Made by a program: the position numbers and the translations under genes. Positions 38,899 to 48,639 of a stretch of 64,000 nt of DNA are shown piece by piece (position 1 is the stretch's first letter; the number at the start of each line of letters is the position of its first letter). Under the pieces are notes generated by a model. That model was given only the letters and a program-made list of their open reading frames with translations. It had not been told where the DNA came from and searched no databases. This stretch comes from a virus. Lineage: Duplodnaviria; Caudoviricetes. The DNA lies in IMG/VR virus record IMGVR_UViG_3300017911_001939, positions 32,001 through 96,000 of that record. The stretch is one strand, 5' to 3'.

Positions 38899-39696
38899 AT
38901 GAATGACGTTATTGTCCCTATTAGGGAAGAACTTGATATCTTAAATTTGTCTGACGATGATCGTAACGTATTAGAAAAAGCACTCAATCAAACCGGCGCG
39001 GGTCAAACAACCTTTCAATCAAAATATTTTGTTGCTGGTTCACAATTAACCCCATATCGAATGGCAAAACAGTGTCTGCTCGAGCTCGAGTCAAGGCATC
39101 ATTCTTATGTGGGTATTCAGGCAAAACAGAAGAGAGCTAGCTACGAGAAGGCTATTGCAGAACGAGCACTTGCTAATGAACCAGATGAATTGAAAAAAGG
39201 TTTGATTCAGTGTGACATTGATGATATTGATTATGACCTTAAAGTATGGGAAAGAAAAAAGAGACAGTGCGAAGATGAATTACGTGACTATCTTGGCATC
39301 TTTGAACAAGTAAAACAACTTGATCCTGTTGCTGCTGAGAAAGCTTTTGAATACGATGAGGAAGAAGAACGACAATATTGGATTACCAGAATGGCTAAAC
39401 AGGCTGCGATGGATATGGTATCATATGGTCGCATCGGTACTGGCAACATGGATTCGATCGCTATGATGAATGATGAAGATCAGGTTATGACTCTTGCGAC
39501 CACTTTACAATATCACGAAAGACTTGGCCAAGGTATGCAACAAATTCATGGTGCAGTGAATGAAGGACTGTTAGAAAATAAGGAACATCTGCCAAAATTT
39601 GATATTCCTAATTTTACAGATAAATTATTGTCAAAGGATTTAATTGAAAATGTTCAGCGTGCCGTTGAACCCAAAACTGGACCAGAAACAGTTTGA
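38899..39696 (+). CDS. coiled-coil hypothetical protein
   Basis: FQSKYFV..TPYR..QCLLE; EEE..YWI.RMAKQAAMD..G.IG.GN. Confidence 0.6.
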   Translation: MNDVIVPIREELDILNLSDDDRNVLEKALNQTGAGQTTFQSKYFVAGSQLTPYRMAKQCLLELESRHHSYVGIQAKQKRASYEKAIAERALANEPDELKKGLIQCDIDDIDYDLKVWERKKRQCEDELRDYLGIFEQVKQLDPVAAEKAFEYDEEEERQYWITRMAKQAAMDMVSYGRIGTGNMDSIAMMNDEDQVMTLATTLQYHERLGQGMQQIHGAVNEGLLENKEHLPKFDIPNFTDKLLSKDLIENVQRAVEPKTGPETV

Positions 39697-40702
39697 GGGA
39701 TTCTTAGGGTTTCTCCGAGCCCATCAGCATTTAATCTATGATGTTTACTTTACTAGTCGTATTGCTCCGTTCGAGCAAGACGCGATGGGTGATGTGTTCA
39801 TTAATGACCCGATTGATCTAATCAATAATGCTCTTATTATTCAAGATGAGCTTGGCATTAAGGCAAGCGCTACCTTTAATAATATTCAGGTTAGACCAGA
39901 TCAAAAAAATCTTAATATGTGGATGGACAACTTTAGAGAGTTGTATAATCGTGGTATTCATTCTGCGACAATCCCGCATACACATTGGATTATGACTGGT
40001 GAAATTCAAAAAAGATTCCCAAAACTTTTTATCAAAAATACAATTTTAAGAGAAGTAAATACGGCATCGGATGTTGCGAAACAAGCCGAAGCAGGATTTC
40101 ATTACATTAATATTGATCGAGATCTAATTCGTAATAGAGATGAATTAGAAAAAATTAAAAGAGTTCGTGAGAAATATAATGTAAAGGTCGCTATACTTGG
40201 TAATGAAGGGTGTCTCGGTGGATGTCCTGTTATGGCAGAACATTTTCATTTTAATAACACTCGCACAGATGGTCCTCAATATTTTAATGATACAATAAGC
40301 CGTGTATCATGTCCAAAATGGGATATTACAGAACCAGTGACTCCTCTTAAAACTGCAAACATTGCACCGTGGAGAGAAGACTGGGAAGAAATGTTCCAAT
40401 ATGTAGATGTGATTAAAATGCATGGCAGAGAATCGATTCATCAAATGGCTAGCACTATGGATATTATTGCAAGATATAGAAACGGTGATCAGATACTCTT
40501 CGATGATTTTAATTCATATATTAATGATACAAATTTGGCAGGCAAACCTATCGAGGCATGGAGACAGTTTATAAAAAACTGTAAGTTTGATTGCTGGGAT
40601 TGTAATAAATGCGATAAGTTATATGAGGCCAAAAATGGTCTGCCTGAAACTACATTAGAAAAATTAGTGGTGGAATCAATATGCACGGCATACCTGGATT
40701 AA
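39650..40702 (+). CDS. peptidase U32-like (UbiU/UbiV/TrhP/RlhA-type) Fe-S protein
   Basis: NIDRDLIR, NEGCLGGCP, SCP, IKMHGRE, C-terminal CKFDCWDCNKC. Confidence 0.65.
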   Translation: MFSVPLNPKLDQKQFEGFLGFLRAHQHLIYDVYFTSRIAPFEQDAMGDVFINDPIDLINNALIIQDELGIKASATFNNIQVRPDQKNLNMWMDNFRELYNRGIHSATIPHTHWIMTGEIQKRFPKLFIKNTILREVNTASDVAKQAEAGFHYINIDRDLIRNRDELEKIKRVREKYNVKVAILGNEGCLGGCPVMAEHFHFNNTRTDGPQYFNDTISRVSCPKWDITEPVTPLKTANIAPWREDWEEMFQYVDVIKMHGRESIHQMASTMDIIARYRNGDQILFDDFNSYINDTNLAGKPIEAWRQFIKNCKFDCWDCNKCDKLYEAKNGLPETTLEKLVVESICTAYLD

Positions 40703-41235
40703 CATCTAAAAAAGTTCAAAATTTTATAAATGATATGTGCAAATATGCAGAGACATATTTGGAAGTAGGTTGTTATTTGGGTGCAACTGCATGTGCAGCA
40801 TTGCATAAAAACAATATTGAGGTTTATCTAGTTGATAATTGGAAAGAAGACATACAACCTTTTAGAGATGATCTGCCTAATTTGCCACCAAACGATAAAG
40901 AGTTATTTCGTCAATTTATCAAAAACAGCAAGGGTGACAATAAAGTAAATGTCTTTGATTGTGATATGTTTGATGTCGATTTAACACAAATAAAACCGAT
41001 TGATGTATTTTTTTATGATGCTGATAAAACAAAGGTAAAGGAAGCTATAGAATATTATTGGCCTGTTTTATCTGATACAGCAATCATTATTATTGATGAC
41101 GCAAATGATAAGTCAATTGTCGAAGCAGCGCAAAGCGCATTAACAGGTATATCATACGAAAGAATTATTATGAATGATATAGAAGATGAAAAGGAATGGT
41201 GGAATGGAATCTACATTGCAATTATTAACAAATAA
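40681..41235 (+). CDS. class I SAM methyltransferase (Methyltransf_24-like)
   Basis: YLEVGCYLGAT, VDNW, FFYDAD, IIDD. Confidence 0.8.
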   Translation: MHGIPGLTSKKVQNFINDMCKYAETYLEVGCYLGATACAALHKNNIEVYLVDNWKEDIQPFRDDLPNLPPNDKELFRQFIKNSKGDNKVNVFDCDMFDVDLTQIKPIDVFFYDADKTKVKEAIEYYWPVLSDTAIIIIDDANDKSIVEAAQSALTGISYERIIMNDIEDEKEWWNGIYIAIINK

Positions 41236-42109
41236 TCAGTGGTATCTATTTTATTTGGCTGCAATTATGATCCTTGCAGGATATGCGAGAGATCTTCGTT
41301 TATTTGCGCCAGTTTATAGACTTATCTTATCAAAGGTAAAATCTAAACGAGCAGTCGTAGCATTAATCTCTATGATTACTGGTGTGCTACCTATTACTGG
41401 TCGTGTAAGTGTTTCGGCTGGTTTCCTCGATACTATTGCGCCAAAAGATAAGAAAAAACGAGAGATCTTTGGCATTATCGACTATCTCTCGACTCATCAT
41501 TATTATCTGTGGTCACCAATCGAGAAGTCTGTCATCATTCCAATGGCTGCACTCGGTATTGCATACAGTACATTTATGTGGCATATGCTACCTCTTCTTA
41601 TCGTAATTTTTGCTGTTATCTTTTTCTATATCTTTTATGTAATGCAAGAAGAAGAAGTTGATATTAGTACAGAAAAATTTGAGACTGGTGAAAAGTATTT
41701 TGAGAAAAATCCAAGTAAATATATTAGTTGGACTACACTTGCAGTGTTAGCCGCAATTATTGTATTAGGTAACTTCGCAAAAGGATATACTGATGAGATT
41801 AAACAATTTGTTGAATCAGATGTTGCAAGCTTTGCTGTGGTATCAGCCCTCGCTTTTTGTGGCTCGCTTGCTTTGGGTTCTTCTTCTCGGTTTGCTGCTA
41901 TTACTGCCATATGTGTAACCGTATATGGTATCGAATATTTGCCATGGTTCTTTGCAATTGATTACGCAGGTTATATGCTATCACCTGCCCATAAATGCCT
42001 GACAATCGGTAAGATGTATTTCGGTACACCAATCGTACGATACTATAGATCTGTTATCGTATTATGTGGTGCATTGTTTTTTACGGCTTTGGCGACATTA
42101 ATCGTATAA
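41186..42109 (+). CDS. multi-pass membrane protein (DUF401/ion-transporter superfamily-like)
   Basis: Multiple hydrophobic helices; GVLPITG, HHYYLWSPIE, GYMLSPAHKCL. Confidence 0.65.
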   Translation: MKRNGGMESTLQLLTNNQWYLFYLAAIMILAGYARDLRLFAPVYRLILSKVKSKRAVVALISMITGVLPITGRVSVSAGFLDTIAPKDKKKREIFGIIDYLSTHHYYLWSPIEKSVIIPMAALGIAYSTFMWHMLPLLIVIFAVIFFYIFYVMQEEEVDISTEKFETGEKYFEKNPSKYISWTTLAVLAAIIVLGNFAKGYTDEIKQFVESDVASFAVVSALAFCGSLALGSSSRFAAITAICVTVYGIEYLPWFFAIDYAGYMLSPAHKCLTIGKMYFGTPIVRYYRSVIVLCGALFFTALATLIV

Positions 42110-42112
42110 ATA
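42105..42112 (+). promoter_or_regulatory. late promoter
   Basis: TATAAATA then GGAGG SD. Confidence 0.85.
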
Positions 42113-42140
42113 GATTTGATAATCTATTTGGAGGCAATAT

Positions 42141-42476
42141 ATGGCCAATACGCTCAAAAATGTTCAACTGAACAATATTAGTACAACCGCGACCACGCTA
42201 TATACCACTCCTGCAAACACCACTACGATCGTAATTGGTGCCACTGCTGCTAACATTCTTGCAAATAATAACATTAATTTCAGTATGACAATGCATGATT
42301 CGGCATCTGCCCCTGGTGTGCATGTCGTTAAGAATGCTACTATTGCACCAGGTGGTTCATTGGTTCCTATTGGTGGTGATCAAAAAGTAATTGTAGAAAC
42401 CGGACATTATTTAAAAGCCTCGAGCTCTGACTCTGATTCGGTTGATCTCATCTTATCAATCGTAGAGCAGACATAA
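42141..42476 (+). CDS. small beta-sandwich virion protein (paralog of 47720)
   Basis: TLYTTPA.TTTIVIG, GGDQKV, LSIVEQT. Confidence 0.75.
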   Translation: MANTLKNVQLNNISTTATTLYTTPANTTTIVIGATAANILANNNINFSMTMHDSASAPGVHVVKNATIAPGGSLVPIGGDQKVIVETGHYLKASSSDSDSVDLILSIVEQT

Positions 42477-42477
42477 C

Positions 42478-43257
42478 ATGGCAGTTATTGGTAATAAACC
42501 TAATCCAAACGATATATCTGTTTTTAAAACCGTAAACAAGCAAACGATTACGGGAACAGGTGATAGCTCGTATAATTTATCCTATAATGTATCGGCACCT
42601 GAAGAAATTGAGGTTTTTGTCAATAATGTAAGACAGGAGCCTAGAATTGCATATGATGTTGGATCAGGCCAAATTACGTTTGATGAAGGTATTGATAGTA
42701 CAGATGGTTGTTATATTATATTTCAAGGATCTCGCGTAGGTACTATTGCACCTGCAGATAATACCATTACTACCGATATGATGAAAGATAACTCTGTTAC
42801 GGCATCAAAGTTGGTAGATAGTTCAATTACAAGCTCAAAATTATCTGACACTTATGTAGATATTGTTGGATCTGTCGGTAAGGTAAAACTGCAAAGAGTA
42901 TCAGCTACTCTTAGTTCTGATACAACTTTTAATGTTACTACTGATACTGCCATTGTAAGTGTTAACATTACGGTTGACTCAGGTTCGGATGTGTTTGTGA
43001 CATTTAATGGCGAGCAAAATGGTCAAGTTGGTGATGCCTGGCAATGGGTACAATTATTTAGAGGTACTACTGCACTTGGTACATCAACCATATCTGTTGT
43101 GCGAAGCGGCTGGAATGAACACATTAGTTTACAATACTGGGATGAAAACTTGTCGGCAGGAACATATACTTATTCGTGTAAAGTAAGAAATGGTGCAAAC
43201 TATTGTAACTGGGGTGAACATAGCACACCAATCATTCAATGTACAGAGTTCGGATAA
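42478..43257 (+). CDS. fibre module (Ig-like linker plus C-terminal head)
   Basis: MAVIGNKP, VFVNNVRQEP, VTASKL repeats, AGTYTY head. Confidence 0.7.
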   Translation: MAVIGNKPNPNDISVFKTVNKQTITGTGDSSYNLSYNVSAPEEIEVFVNNVRQEPRIAYDVGSGQITFDEGIDSTDGCYIIFQGSRVGTIAPADNTITTDMMKDNSVTASKLVDSSITSSKLSDTYVDIVGSVGKVKLQRVSATLSSDTTFNVTTDTAIVSVNITVDSGSDVFVTFNGEQNGQVGDAWQWVQLFRGTTALGTSTISVVRSGWNEHISLQYWDENLSAGTYTYSCKVRNGANYCNWGEHSTPIIQCTEFG

Positions 43258-43260
43258 GAT

Positions 43261-44280
43261 ATGTCATTAAGTAAGGTAAACAATAAACAAACATCAGTTC
43301 CAGCAAGTTCAACTGCTCCTTCAAGCCCATCTGTTGGTGATTTCTGGTTTGACACTGATGAAACACTAATGAAAGTTTGGAATGGATCACAATGGGATAC
43401 TGTTTCAAATAGCTTTTCTGCTACTGGTGGTACTCAAGAAGAATATAGTTCTGGAAATACTACATATAAGGTACATATCTTTAAATCTTCTGGTAACTTT
43501 ATTGTTCAATCTGGAAGTAAACAAGTTGATTATCTTATTGTAGCTGGTGGTGGCGGAGGATCTAGTGATGACTCTGGTGGTGCTGGTGCCGGCGGTCATT
43601 TAAGTGGAACTTATACAGTAGCTCCAGGAAGTCACGCAGTTGTTATTGGCGCCGGTGGTGCAAAAACACCAAGTGGATCATCATCCAATGGTGGTAATGG
43701 AGGTAACTCTTCTGTGTTTGGTTTTACTTCTATTGGAGGAGGCGGCGGAGCCTATCAATCAGGACCTACTGGTAATAGCGGCGGCTCTGGTGGAGGTGGT
43801 GGTCACGCTCCTAGCGCTGGAGGAAGCTCACCCGGCGGCTCTGGAACATCTGGTCAAGGCAACAACGGTGGAGCCGGCCGCGGTTACGGAGATCCATGGG
43901 CCGCTGGCGGCGGCGGTGGAGCTGGAGCAGTAGGTTCAGATGGTGTTAACGGTAATAATCCAACTTCTTTTGGTGGAGTGGGGTTAACAACAAATCTTAT
44001 TACAACATCACTTGCAACAACTCATTCGGTAGGTGAAGTATCGGGTGGTAGTGTGTATGTTGCTGGAGGCGGTGGTGGTCAATACCGTGATGGATATACC
44101 GGTAGTGGAACAAATCTAGGTGGTCTTGGTGGTGGTGGGGATGGAGGTCATGTCTCTACTGCTGGAACTAATGGAACGGCAAACACCGGTGGAGGTGGCG
44201 GTGGTGGAGGCAACCAAACCAATAACTATCTTGGTGGTAATGGTGGTTCAGGTCTAGTAATTATAAGGTATGAAGTATAA
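43261..44280 (+). CDS. glycine-rich domain virion protein
   Basis: APSSPSVGDFWFD, YLIVAGGGGG, ANTGGGGGG, GGSGLVIIRY. Confidence 0.8.
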   Translation: MSLSKVNNKQTSVPASSTAPSSPSVGDFWFDTDETLMKVWNGSQWDTVSNSFSATGGTQEEYSSGNTTYKVHIFKSSGNFIVQSGSKQVDYLIVAGGGGGSSDDSGGAGAGGHLSGTYTVAPGSHAVVIGAGGAKTPSGSSSNGGNGGNSSVFGFTSIGGGGGAYQSGPTGNSGGSGGGGGHAPSAGGSSPGGSGTSGQGNNGGAGRGYGDPWAAGGGGGAGAVGSDGVNGNNPTSFGGVGLTTNLITTSLATTHSVGEVSGGSVYVAGGGGGQYRDGYTGSGTNLGGLGGGGDGGHVSTAGTNGTANTGGGGGGGGNQTNNYLGGNGGSGLVIIRYEV

Positions 44281-44618
44281 TGGCACACTACGCAAAAGTA
44301 TTAAATGGCAAAGTAGTTGATATGATTGTAGCTGAAGAAAGTTTCTTTGATACATTTCAAGATACATCCCCTGGTGAATGGATTCAAACATCATATAATA
44401 CATTTGGTGGAGTTCACACACAAGGTGGCACGCCGCTAAGAAAAAATTATGCTGCAGTAGGTCACACCTATGATAGAGACAAAGATGCATTTATTGCGCC
44501 TCAACCATATCCAAGTTGGATTTTAAACGAAACAAGTTGTTTATGGGAAGCACCAGTAGATAGACCAGAAGGTGACTGGCTCTGGAATGATTCAGATCAA
44601 AGTTGGGATAGCGCATAA
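44280..44618 (+). CDS. conserved partner of the Gly-rich protein
   Basis: MAHYAK, WIQTSYNT, RKNYA..G.TYD..DAFIAPQPYPSW. Confidence 0.75.
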   Translation: MAHYAKVLNGKVVDMIVAEESFFDTFQDTSPGEWIQTSYNTFGGVHTQGGTPLRKNYAAVGHTYDRDKDAFIAPQPYPSWILNETSCLWEAPVDRPEGDWLWNDSDQSWDSA

Positions 44619-45088
44619 TGGCAGTAATTGGTAACGAACCTAGATATGCAAGGATTTTTAAACTGGACCAAATACTTGGTACCGGTGATAGTTCCTATAC
44701 ACTTACATATAATGGTAATCAGGAAAGAAATCTAATTGCCGAACAATTACTTGTGTCTATTAATGGTACAATGCAGAATCCAAACTCTGCTTTTACAATT
44801 AGTGGTTCGACGATTACATTTTCAGAGGCAATTGATTCTGATGATACGATTGACTTTATTACGGTCATTGGTGAGGCACACAACGTTGCCACTGTATCAG
44901 ATGGTGGTGTTACGGCAAACAAATTAAACGATGCGATTGGTGTAACAGACACACCTGTTCGTAAAAATAGAAATAGAATTAGTCAAGGATTTACTCTTGA
45001 CTCTGCAGATAATGCTATGGCAGCAGGTCCTATTACGATAGACTCTGGTGTATCTGTTGTTCTTCATGGTTCATTCACGGTGGTATAA
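44618..45088 (+). CDS. fibre adaptor module 1
   Basis: LVSINGTMQ.P; C-terminal NAMAAGPITIDSG...GSFTVV. Confidence 0.7.
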   Translation: MAVIGNEPRYARIFKLDQILGTGDSSYTLTYNGNQERNLIAEQLLVSINGTMQNPNSAFTISGSTITFSEAIDSDDTIDFITVIGEAHNVATVSDGGVTANKLNDAIGVTDTPVRKNRNRISQGFTLDSADNAMAAGPITIDSGVSVVLHGSFTVV

Positions 45089-45646
45089 ATGGGATCTACA
45101 TTATCAGTAACACATCTTAGAGGTTTGACATCGGGTAACGATGCTAATACAATTTACTTGGATAGTGGTCATGAATTGCATGCGCCGGGTCATATCATTC
45201 AGACAGTTCAAAATACCTTTGGCGGTTATGATACTATTACATCTACAACATTGACAAATACAAGTTTAAATGCTACAATTACACCTAAATTTTCAACATC
45301 AAAAATTTTGGTTAAAGCATCATTTTTATTTGGTCAAACAAGATCCGCGCAAAATCAAGATAATATGAAATATTTTACTATAAAAAGAGGTAGTACAAAT
45401 ATTGCACCACATAATAGTCGCTTCTTTGCTCATCAAAACGAGACTTCTGGTAGCATTGATTTTAATGAGCAAACACAGGTTGCCACAATTGAATACCTTG
45501 ACTCACCTGCAACGACGTCTGCAACTACCTATACATTGGCATGCTCGTGTGATAATTCTGCAGTAACCATTTCATTAAATAGTAGAGCAGATGGTGGTGG
45601 TCAAAAGGGATCTTGTACAATGATTTTACAGGAGATTGCACAATGA
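45089..45646 (+). CDS. fibre head module, type A
   Basis: PGHIIQTV, ITPKFSTSKILV, DSPATTSATTY, LQEIAQ. Confidence 0.7.
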   Translation: MGSTLSVTHLRGLTSGNDANTIYLDSGHELHAPGHIIQTVQNTFGGYDTITSTTLTNTSLNATITPKFSTSKILVKASFLFGQTRSAQNQDNMKYFTIKRGSTNIAPHNSRFFAHQNETSGSIDFNEQTQVATIEYLDSPATTSATTYTLACSCDNSAVTISLNSRADGGGQKGSCTMILQEIAQ

Positions 45647-46299
45647 CCAGTGAATTAAGAGTTGATGCAATTAAAAATGTTGCCGGTGAAGAGATAGCAG
45701 ATCTCGGTGATCAATTCGTGCCGAAGTATAAAATGCCGGATGGAACATATGCTAGCACACCACACTTTGAAGCGTATTCACAAATAGGTGGATATAATCA
45801 TTCGTTTACCACAACAGATTCTACGTCATTTGGTGCAACAAGCGGTAGACAAGCATATCTAACATTTAATAATGTTCATGGTGGTAATACTACAGGATTT
45901 ACGACTAGTAGTACAAAAGGTGCATCAAAGTATAAGGTACCTGTGACAGGAATTTATACATTATCATTTAGATGTCTTGTTAATACGCAAGTAACATCGC
46001 ACTATGATACCGCATTTTATATTACAGATAAAGATGATACCTTTTCAGATATTAGTGGATTATATCCATGGAGTGCGCAAGTTACAGAGTTTACATCATC
46101 ATCAAGTCATGGCGTAAGAGGTTTTACCCGTATATCAGAAAGTGATGGATTATCCAGCGGACCTGGCCAATCTATTACAATTAAATTATACAAAGATCAA
46201 CATGTAAGGCCGGCAATTGTTATGAACGCAACTGAAACTGTGTCAATTTACCTATCTAATCATAACTATTTTCACGGCGTATTGGTGGCAGCACTATGA
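45643..46299 (+). CDS. fibre head module, C1q/TNF-like
   Basis: YKVPVTGIYTL, terminal FHGVLV; start trimmed. Confidence 0.65.
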   Translation: MTSELRVDAIKNVAGEEIADLGDQFVPKYKMPDGTYASTPHFEAYSQIGGYNHSFTTTDSTSFGATSGRQAYLTFNNVHGGNTTGFTTSSTKGASKYKVPVTGIYTLSFRCLVNTQVTSHYDTAFYITDKDDTFSDISGLYPWSAQVTEFTSSSSHGVRGFTRISESDGLSSGPGQSITIKLYKDQHVRPAIVMNATETVSIYLSNHNYFHGVLVAAL

Positions 46300-46898
46300 G
46301 TACTCTATTCGTAAACAAATTAAAAGCAGCGGTTGGTTCGTTAATTAAATTGGACCATAATCTTGATGCAAATGGTAACGAAATATATGCACCAGGTCAT
46401 GTCATACAGGTAAAATCAACAATTATTACATCAAAGGTTACTGCAACTAGTACAAATGTCAACTCGGGTGTTGGTGCAGATATGGGTCTAAATGTCACAA
46501 TTACCCCAAAAAGAACCGGTAGTCATTTTTTAATTCAATGCCATGTTGGTATTGCTGCAACAACCAGTGGTAATACATATGCTGCAATATTATCCAGAGG
46601 TGGATCAAGAATTGGTGTGGGTGATACTGTATCTTCAAAATTAGGGGTATGGTTTAAAGGTCCTGACCATGCTGGTAACAATGGGGCGGATACAAATCAT
46701 GGTGTTGGTAATGGTGGTGTTTATTATGATTCGACAGCAAATGCCGTGGCAGGTACCGCAATAACGTATAAGGTTGGATTCTCAGGCGAGGGTGGTCAAG
46801 TACAAATTAACCACAATGAAGGTAGTTATTCTGGTAGTTCATATCCTGTTGAGGCGCTGACAAGTTCATCACTTATTGTTCAGGAGATCGCACAGTAA
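46296..46898 (+). CDS. fibre head module, type A
   Basis: PGHVIQV, ITPK, ITYKV, VQEIAQ. Confidence 0.7.
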   Translation: MSTLFVNKLKAAVGSLIKLDHNLDANGNEIYAPGHVIQVKSTIITSKVTATSTNVNSGVGADMGLNVTITPKRTGSHFLIQCHVGIAATTSGNTYAAILSRGGSRIGVGDTVSSKLGVWFKGPDHAGNNGADTNHGVGNGGVYYDSTANAVAGTAITYKVGFSGEGGQVQINHNEGSYSGSSYPVEALTSSSLIVQEIAQ

Positions 46899-47398
46899 TG
46901 CCACTTACACGACCTAATTTAAAGTTTGCTGCAACAGGTTCTGTTATTCAAACTGTATCTGCTAATTGGAATAGTACAATTGATATTACTGGAACAACGG
47001 TCAGCGCGACAGGATTAAAAGCCTCCATTACACCGTTATATAGTAATTCAAAAATAGAAATTCATATTCAAGCACACATTAATAACCGAAGAGAAAGTGG
47101 TAGTGGAGCAATTGGACAAAAATTAGAACTTCAGAAAAAAGTTGGTTCCGGTTCATACTCATATTTGCATCAATTTGCACAAGCTGGAGTTGACTATCAA
47201 ATTTATCATAATATTCCTGATAGTACGGGTGATAAGGATATTTGGTATCCATGGACTGTTTTTTATACTGACACGCCTGGAACAACATCCACATTAGAAT
47301 TTCAACTGTATGGTTGTGAAAGACCAGCAAACGCGGGTGCGACCACTAGACTTAGAGTTCGTGGTGGAAATATGATTTTAAAAGAAATTAAAGTATAA
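46898..47398 (+). CDS. fibre head module, type A
   Basis: GSVIQTV, ITPLYSNSKI, DTPGTTS, LKEIKV. Confidence 0.7.
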   Translation: MPLTRPNLKFAATGSVIQTVSANWNSTIDITGTTVSATGLKASITPLYSNSKIEIHIQAHINNRRESGSGAIGQKLELQKKVGSGSYSYLHQFAQAGVDYQIYHNIPDSTGDKDIWYPWTVFYTDTPGTTSTLEFQLYGCERPANAGATTRLRVRGGNMILKEIKV

Positions 47399-47411
47399 AT
47401 AGAATAAAGTT
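47393..47411 (+). promoter_or_regulatory. late promoter with extended 19-nt repeat
   Basis: GTATAAATAGAATAAAGTT, identical to 56325-56343. Confidence 0.85.
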
Positions 47412-47431
47412 CATACGGGGATAGGGAACCG

Positions 47432-47716
47432 ATGGCAGCAGAGCATCATAATTTTAAGGTCAAGAATGGCCTTGAGGTTGCAGGTGATACCACGCTCAGT
47501 GGATCCTTGACAATCAATAATACCACAGTAACAAGACTACTTGACTCTGCAGACGTGACTGCTATTGCACAAGCAGCATCTCTTGATTCTGCCGAAGCTC
47601 TTCAAATTCTTCTCGATTCCTCAGAAATTATACAATTAATTGATTCCGATTATGTCACTGCACGTGCACCTGCTGGTGGTGATGGTGGCATCGCGATGGC
47701 AATTGCATTGGGGTAA
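47432..47716 (+). CDS. small DS-repeat fibre protein
   Basis: NFKVKNGL N-terminus, 4 DS, IDSDYVTAR, terminal AMAIALG. Confidence 0.7.
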   Translation: MAAEHHNFKVKNGLEVAGDTTLSGSLTINNTTVTRLLDSADVTAIAQAASLDSAEALQILLDSSEIIQLIDSDYVTARAPAGGDGGIAMAIALG

Positions 47717-47719
47717 AAC

Positions 47720-48049
47720 ATGGCAAACGCATTTAAATTAGTTACATTATCAGGTGTTGATGATTCTGCCGCCACAGTGTACACTTGTCCTGCGGCAACA
47801 GAGACTACTATCATCGGCCTAAACTTAGCAAACACAACTAACGCATCTATTACGGCATCTGTTCAAGTAGAGAACAATGATGGCGATAATGTGTATGTGG
47901 TCAAAGACGCACCTATTCCGATTGGCTCATCGCTGGTTGCCGTAGGTGGTGACCAAAAATATGTCCTGAATGCGAGTGACCTATTAAAGGTTACATCAAG
48001 CGATTCAGATTCAATTGATGTGTCTATGAGTATTCTGGAGATTACTTAA
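47720..48049 (+). CDS. small beta-sandwich virion protein (paralog of 42141)
   Basis: MANAFK, TVYTCPA.TETTIIG, GGDQKY, MSILEIT. Confidence 0.75.
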   Translation: MANAFKLVTLSGVDDSAATVYTCPAATETTIIGLNLANTTNASITASVQVENNDGDNVYVVKDAPIPIGSSLVAVGGDQKYVLNASDLLKVTSSDSDSIDVSMSILEIT

Positions 48050-48639
48050 TGGCTGGTACTCTTTCGGTCCAACAAATTCAAGGCTTGGCAACTGCGACAG
48101 ATCCTACTACCGTAACAATTCCTACTGGGCATAAACTTGTAGGTGAGGATGCGGCATCAATTGCAGCACCTGGTACACCTATTCAGATGTTTCAGCATTC
48201 AACAAATGCTACATTATCCGGAACATTGGGATTTAATAATAATCCTAATTCTACACACGGTACATCGTTTACAACATTCAATTTTACACCTAAAAGATCG
48301 GATAGTGATTTATATGTTTGGTCAAGTCCAGTTGCAGTTTATGAAACAAGCAATGTTGCCGATCAAAGTTTTATTTCTGCTTGGTACGATACAACAAAAG
48401 TTGCATTAAATTATGTCCCTATTAAATATAGTTCATTTAACAGCGCGCTAAACGCTGCAGCGTTATGCCTTTTTGGTAAAATATCTTCATGGGGTAAAAA
48501 GAAAAAAACAATTACTGTTAGAGTGGGCATGAATGGTGGTTCTGCTATTGTTAATTATGATAATGAATATTCATCTCAACACGGTGGGCAAAACGGCAAT
48601 AACTATGTCTACTTTAATATGATGGAGGTAGCTACATAA
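48049..48639 (+). CDS. fibre head module, type A
   Basis: TLSVQQIQG, PGTPIQ, FTPKRSDS, MMEVAT. Confidence 0.7.
   Translation: MAGTLSVQQIQGLATATDPTTVTIPTGHKLVGEDAASIAAPGTPIQMFQHSTNATLSGTLGFNNNPNSTHGTSFTTFNFTPKRSDSDLYVWSSPVAVYETSNVADQSFISAWYDTTKVALNYVPIKYSSFNSALNAAALCLFGKISSWGKKKKTITVRVGMNGGSAIVNYDNEYSSQHGGQNGNNYVYFNMMEVAT

Noticed and set aside
43261-44280. Collagen-like or low-complexity artefact
   Set aside because: No Gly-X-Y period; it matches the common phage glycine-rich domain pattern with its usual partner gene.
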